Source: Selaginella moellendorffii (lineage: Eukaryota; Plantae; Lycopodiophyta). From it: a stretch of DNA of 64,000 bases. The stretch lies in the NCBI RefSeq assembly GCF_000143415.4, contig NW_003314307.1, positions 262,922-326,921 on the forward strand, in the 5' to 3' direction. Positions 61,351 through 64,000 of this stretch are shown here, piece by piece. How positions within the stretch are numbered: position 1 is the stretch's first letter; every line of letters starts with the position of its first letter. Position numbers and translations under genes: made by a program. Under the pieces are notes generated by a model. The model saw only the letters and a list, made by a program, of their open reading frames with translations, did no database searches and was not told the origin of the DNA.

Positions 61351-62384
61351 TCACGCATTGCCGCCGCCGCCGTCGAAAAACGTTGACAAGCGCATTGGTT
61401 TCTTGTTGTCGTCGCTGTAAGATGACTCCGAGCCCGAGCTCTCGGACATAGCTTTCCTCCTCTTTTTCCTCTCCTTCTTGACTTTCCGCTTGTCCTTCTT
61501 TGCCTCTGAAGTGTCGTCGCTGCTGCTCGCCGAGGAGCTCGCTCCATCCTCCTCGGCAGCGTCTAGATCGCTCTTCCGTCGCTTCTTTTCTGATTTCTGA
61601 GCATTTCCAGCAGTAAGAAACTGAAGCAAAGCGAGGAGAGAAATGAATGAAAGTATTACCTTTCGCTTGGGCTTCTTCTTGTCCTTGTCCTTGTCCTTGT
61701 CTTTGTCTTTGTCTTTCTTCCCTATGCAACAAGGAACGAGATGGGAGAAAAGAATGAGAGGAAAACTTAAGAGTTGGAGCGAAAGCTTATACTGACCTTT
61801 CTTAAATCTGGTGTCTCGCTTATCAACATGGTTCCGTCCCCGTGAGAGCTTGGCAGCGCGCTCGGCGTCAAGTTGAGCTCTGTACTCTCTCATCATTCTG
61901 GCTTCACCGTCTTCAAGCTCGTTTTGCTTCCTTGCTTCTTCCTAGGATCAAGTTATTTGCGTATCTCAGGACAAAGCTCGCCGGCATATAAAGGTGGAGG
62001 AAAGAACTTTTTTTTTCTTTTTGCAAAGTCTAGAGGAGAGTGAACCTTTTGTTTCCGCTTGAATTCCTCCCAAGTGATGGTGTGAGAAGTTTGCAAACTT
62101 GCCAAACGCGCAGCATGCCACTCTGGTGAATGAAATGATCCATCCATCTGTGACGAGATTTGTTAGCACCCATTCTTCCACGAAAAACTTGAAAAACTAA
62201 AATCCCGAAAGAAACTAGCGACCAAGAACATGAAACAAACGAAGAATCTAATAAGAGAATGCGAGAAAAAAATGGTGTATGGAAGAACACCTACCAGTCC
62301 GTCGTCGAGATCATCCGCTACACTGCCGGTGTGGGAAGACATCTTTGCCCGTTGCATTGCCTTGTAAGCCTGATTCTTCCCCAT
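61351..62384 (-). CDS. Conserved Lys/Ser-rich nuclear protein (FAM133-like), multi-exon
   Basis: 'MGKNQAYKAMQRA', 'DGSFHSPEWHAARLASL..SHTITWEEFK', 'MMREYRAQLDAERA.KLS.GRNH', C-terminal 'PMRLSTFF'. Confidence 0.8.
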
Positions 62385-62779
62385 CGTTTGGATTGGATCT
62401 CGGCTATCTATCTCTATCCCAATCTCGCGTAATCCTGACCAAAAACCCTATGCGCAACGAGCAATCCGGCATCCATCGCAGCACTGCTCCTCCTTCCGAC
62501 GCCATTTGCTGAGCGAATCCACATACCTCTGCTGCGAATCCTCCTCCTCCATGGCCATTGCGCGGCGGATTGTACCGGTTGCTGCCTAGATTTGGCGGCG
62601 CCGCGCACGCTCGCTGCGTGGAGCGCCAAGCAACCGACTCGAAGGCCGCGATGGCGATGGAATGCGCTGGAAATTCCCCCGATGGAATGGAGAATGCACG
62701 AAACCAAATGGATGGATTCCGTCCCAGAAAAACAAAATAAGAAATGGATGGATTGGATATTAGGGCTCCTCCGGCTTTC

Positions 62780-62787
62780 TAGGGTTT
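62780..62787 (-). promoter_or_regulatory. Telo-box (AAACCCTA) in the NAT10 leader; second copy near 62443
   Basis: TAGGGTTT lies 22 nt upstream of the NAT10 ATG. Telo-boxes are typical of plant ribosome-biogenesis gene promoters. Confidence 0.5.
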
Positions 62788-62809
62788 AGGGGTTTGCGAG
62801 AGGGCGAGA

Positions 62810-64000
62810 ATGAGGAAGAAAGTGGACAGCCGGATCAGGACGCTGATCGAGAATGGCGTCAAGTCGCGGCATCGATCGCTGTTTGTCGTCGTTGGGGACA
62901 AGAACAGGGATCAGGTCTGCAAGATTTCGGTAGCGATTGCGAGATTTTCTGAGGTTTCTCTTGGATCAGGTTGTGAACTTACACTACATGCTCTCCAAGG
63001 CTGTTGTCAAATCTCGGCCGTCGGTGCTATGGTGTTACAAGAAGGATTTGTTCCTCAGCAGGTACTGCATTCCTCCGAGATTTTGTTCCCTACCAATTTC
63101 TTTTCTAGCCACAAGAAGAAGCGAATGAAGCAGATAAAAAAGATGATGAAGAGGGGATTGCTGGACGCGGAGAAAGACGATCCTTTCTCGCTCTTTGTGG
63201 CAAGCACCAGCATTCGGTACTGCTACTACGCCGAAACTGAGAAGATCTTGGGAAACACGTTTGGGATGTGTGTCCTTCAGGTTAGCGCGCGCTACGCTTT
63301 TCCTTACTCACAGTTCTTACGAGGATGTTTTTCCAGGACTTTGAAGCATTGACTCCCAACTTACTCGCACGAACTATAGAGACTGTGGAGGGTGGGGGAA
63401 TTATACTGCTGCTGCTAAGCTCTTTGTCATCTTTGACTAGCCTGTACACTATGATGATGGTAAAATCTTTTATTTCTTATCCAATTGTGGCATCCATGCT
63501 TTTCGATTGTATTTCAGGACGTTCATTCTCGTTTCCGGACCGAGTCGCATGAAGATGTGGTCGCCCGCTTCAATGAGCGCTTTATTTTGTCCCTTGCGTC
63601 TTGCAAAGCTTGCATTTTTATGGATGACGAGCTTAACATCTTACAAGTATCTTCCCATGTCCGCTCAATAAGTTCTCTGCCTGTTTTGGAGGTACATTGC
63701 TAGCTGTCACAATGATCAGCCTCTCAGCGTGTGTCTCTACAGGGCGAAGAAGGTCTTACCGAGTCAGAAAAGGATTTGAAGGAGCTCAAAGACTCGCTGG
63801 TCGACACACAACCTGCAGGGCCGTTAGTGAGCAAATGCAAAACGTTAGACCAGGTGAGCACATTGTTCTTATTTCGATCTCGCTAGCCTAACGAACTGTT
63901 CCAGGGAAAAGCCGTCGTAACTTTCCTAGATGCTATTTCTGAGAAAACTCTCAGAAGTACCGTAGCCTTAACCGCTTCTCGTGGAAGAGGAAAATCTGCA
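62810..64000 (+). CDS. NAT10: RNA cytidine acetyltransferase (NAT10/Kre33), 5' part, runs off the window
   Basis: 'MRKKVDSRIRTLIENGVKSRHRSLFVVVGDK', 'ILGNTFGMCVLQDFEALTPNLLARTIETVEGGG', 'LTASRGRGKSA'. Confidence 0.97.

Overview
This is a eukaryotic land-plant nuclear window. The ~40-60 nt introns, tightly packed genes and PLS-class PPR gene point to a lycophyte such as Selaginella (inference). Both flanks are gene-dense. The left flank (1-12.3 kb) has eight head-to-tail + strand genes: a hypothetical protein, DUF1990, PPR, LEA_1-like, a conserved unknown, a trihelix factor, a TrmA/RumA RNA methyltransferase and MenA. The right flank (57-64 kb) has HIR/band-7, a GH17 beta-1,3-glucanase, a conserved Lys-rich protein and the 5' part of NAT10. 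Between them lies a ~44-kb nested transposon island whose history can be read from target-site duplications (TSDs). (i) A short-LTR Ty3/gypsy element has a 4-bp TSD and a GGGAAAC + pseudoknot -1 frameshift signal. (ii) Two degenerate TRIMs have 5S-rRNA-like LTRs (Cassandra-like), and each is interrupted inside the 5S-like segment by a large non-coding LTR family (LARD-like). (iii) A decayed chromovirus is related to that LARD family. (iv) An 8.9-kb TIR-bounded element has no recognisable transposase. It carries a 9-exon, ~1540-codon gene (ParB/Srx-like domain, diverged N4/N6 DNA-methyltransferase-like domain, FCP1/SCP-type HAD phosphatase) and about 20 dispersed copies of a 22-bp palindrome. 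This last element is the best candidate for an undescribed system. The right edge of the island holds fragments of Harbinger nuclease, COI1 and phospholipase D genes. All domain calls are by eye; no searches were run.
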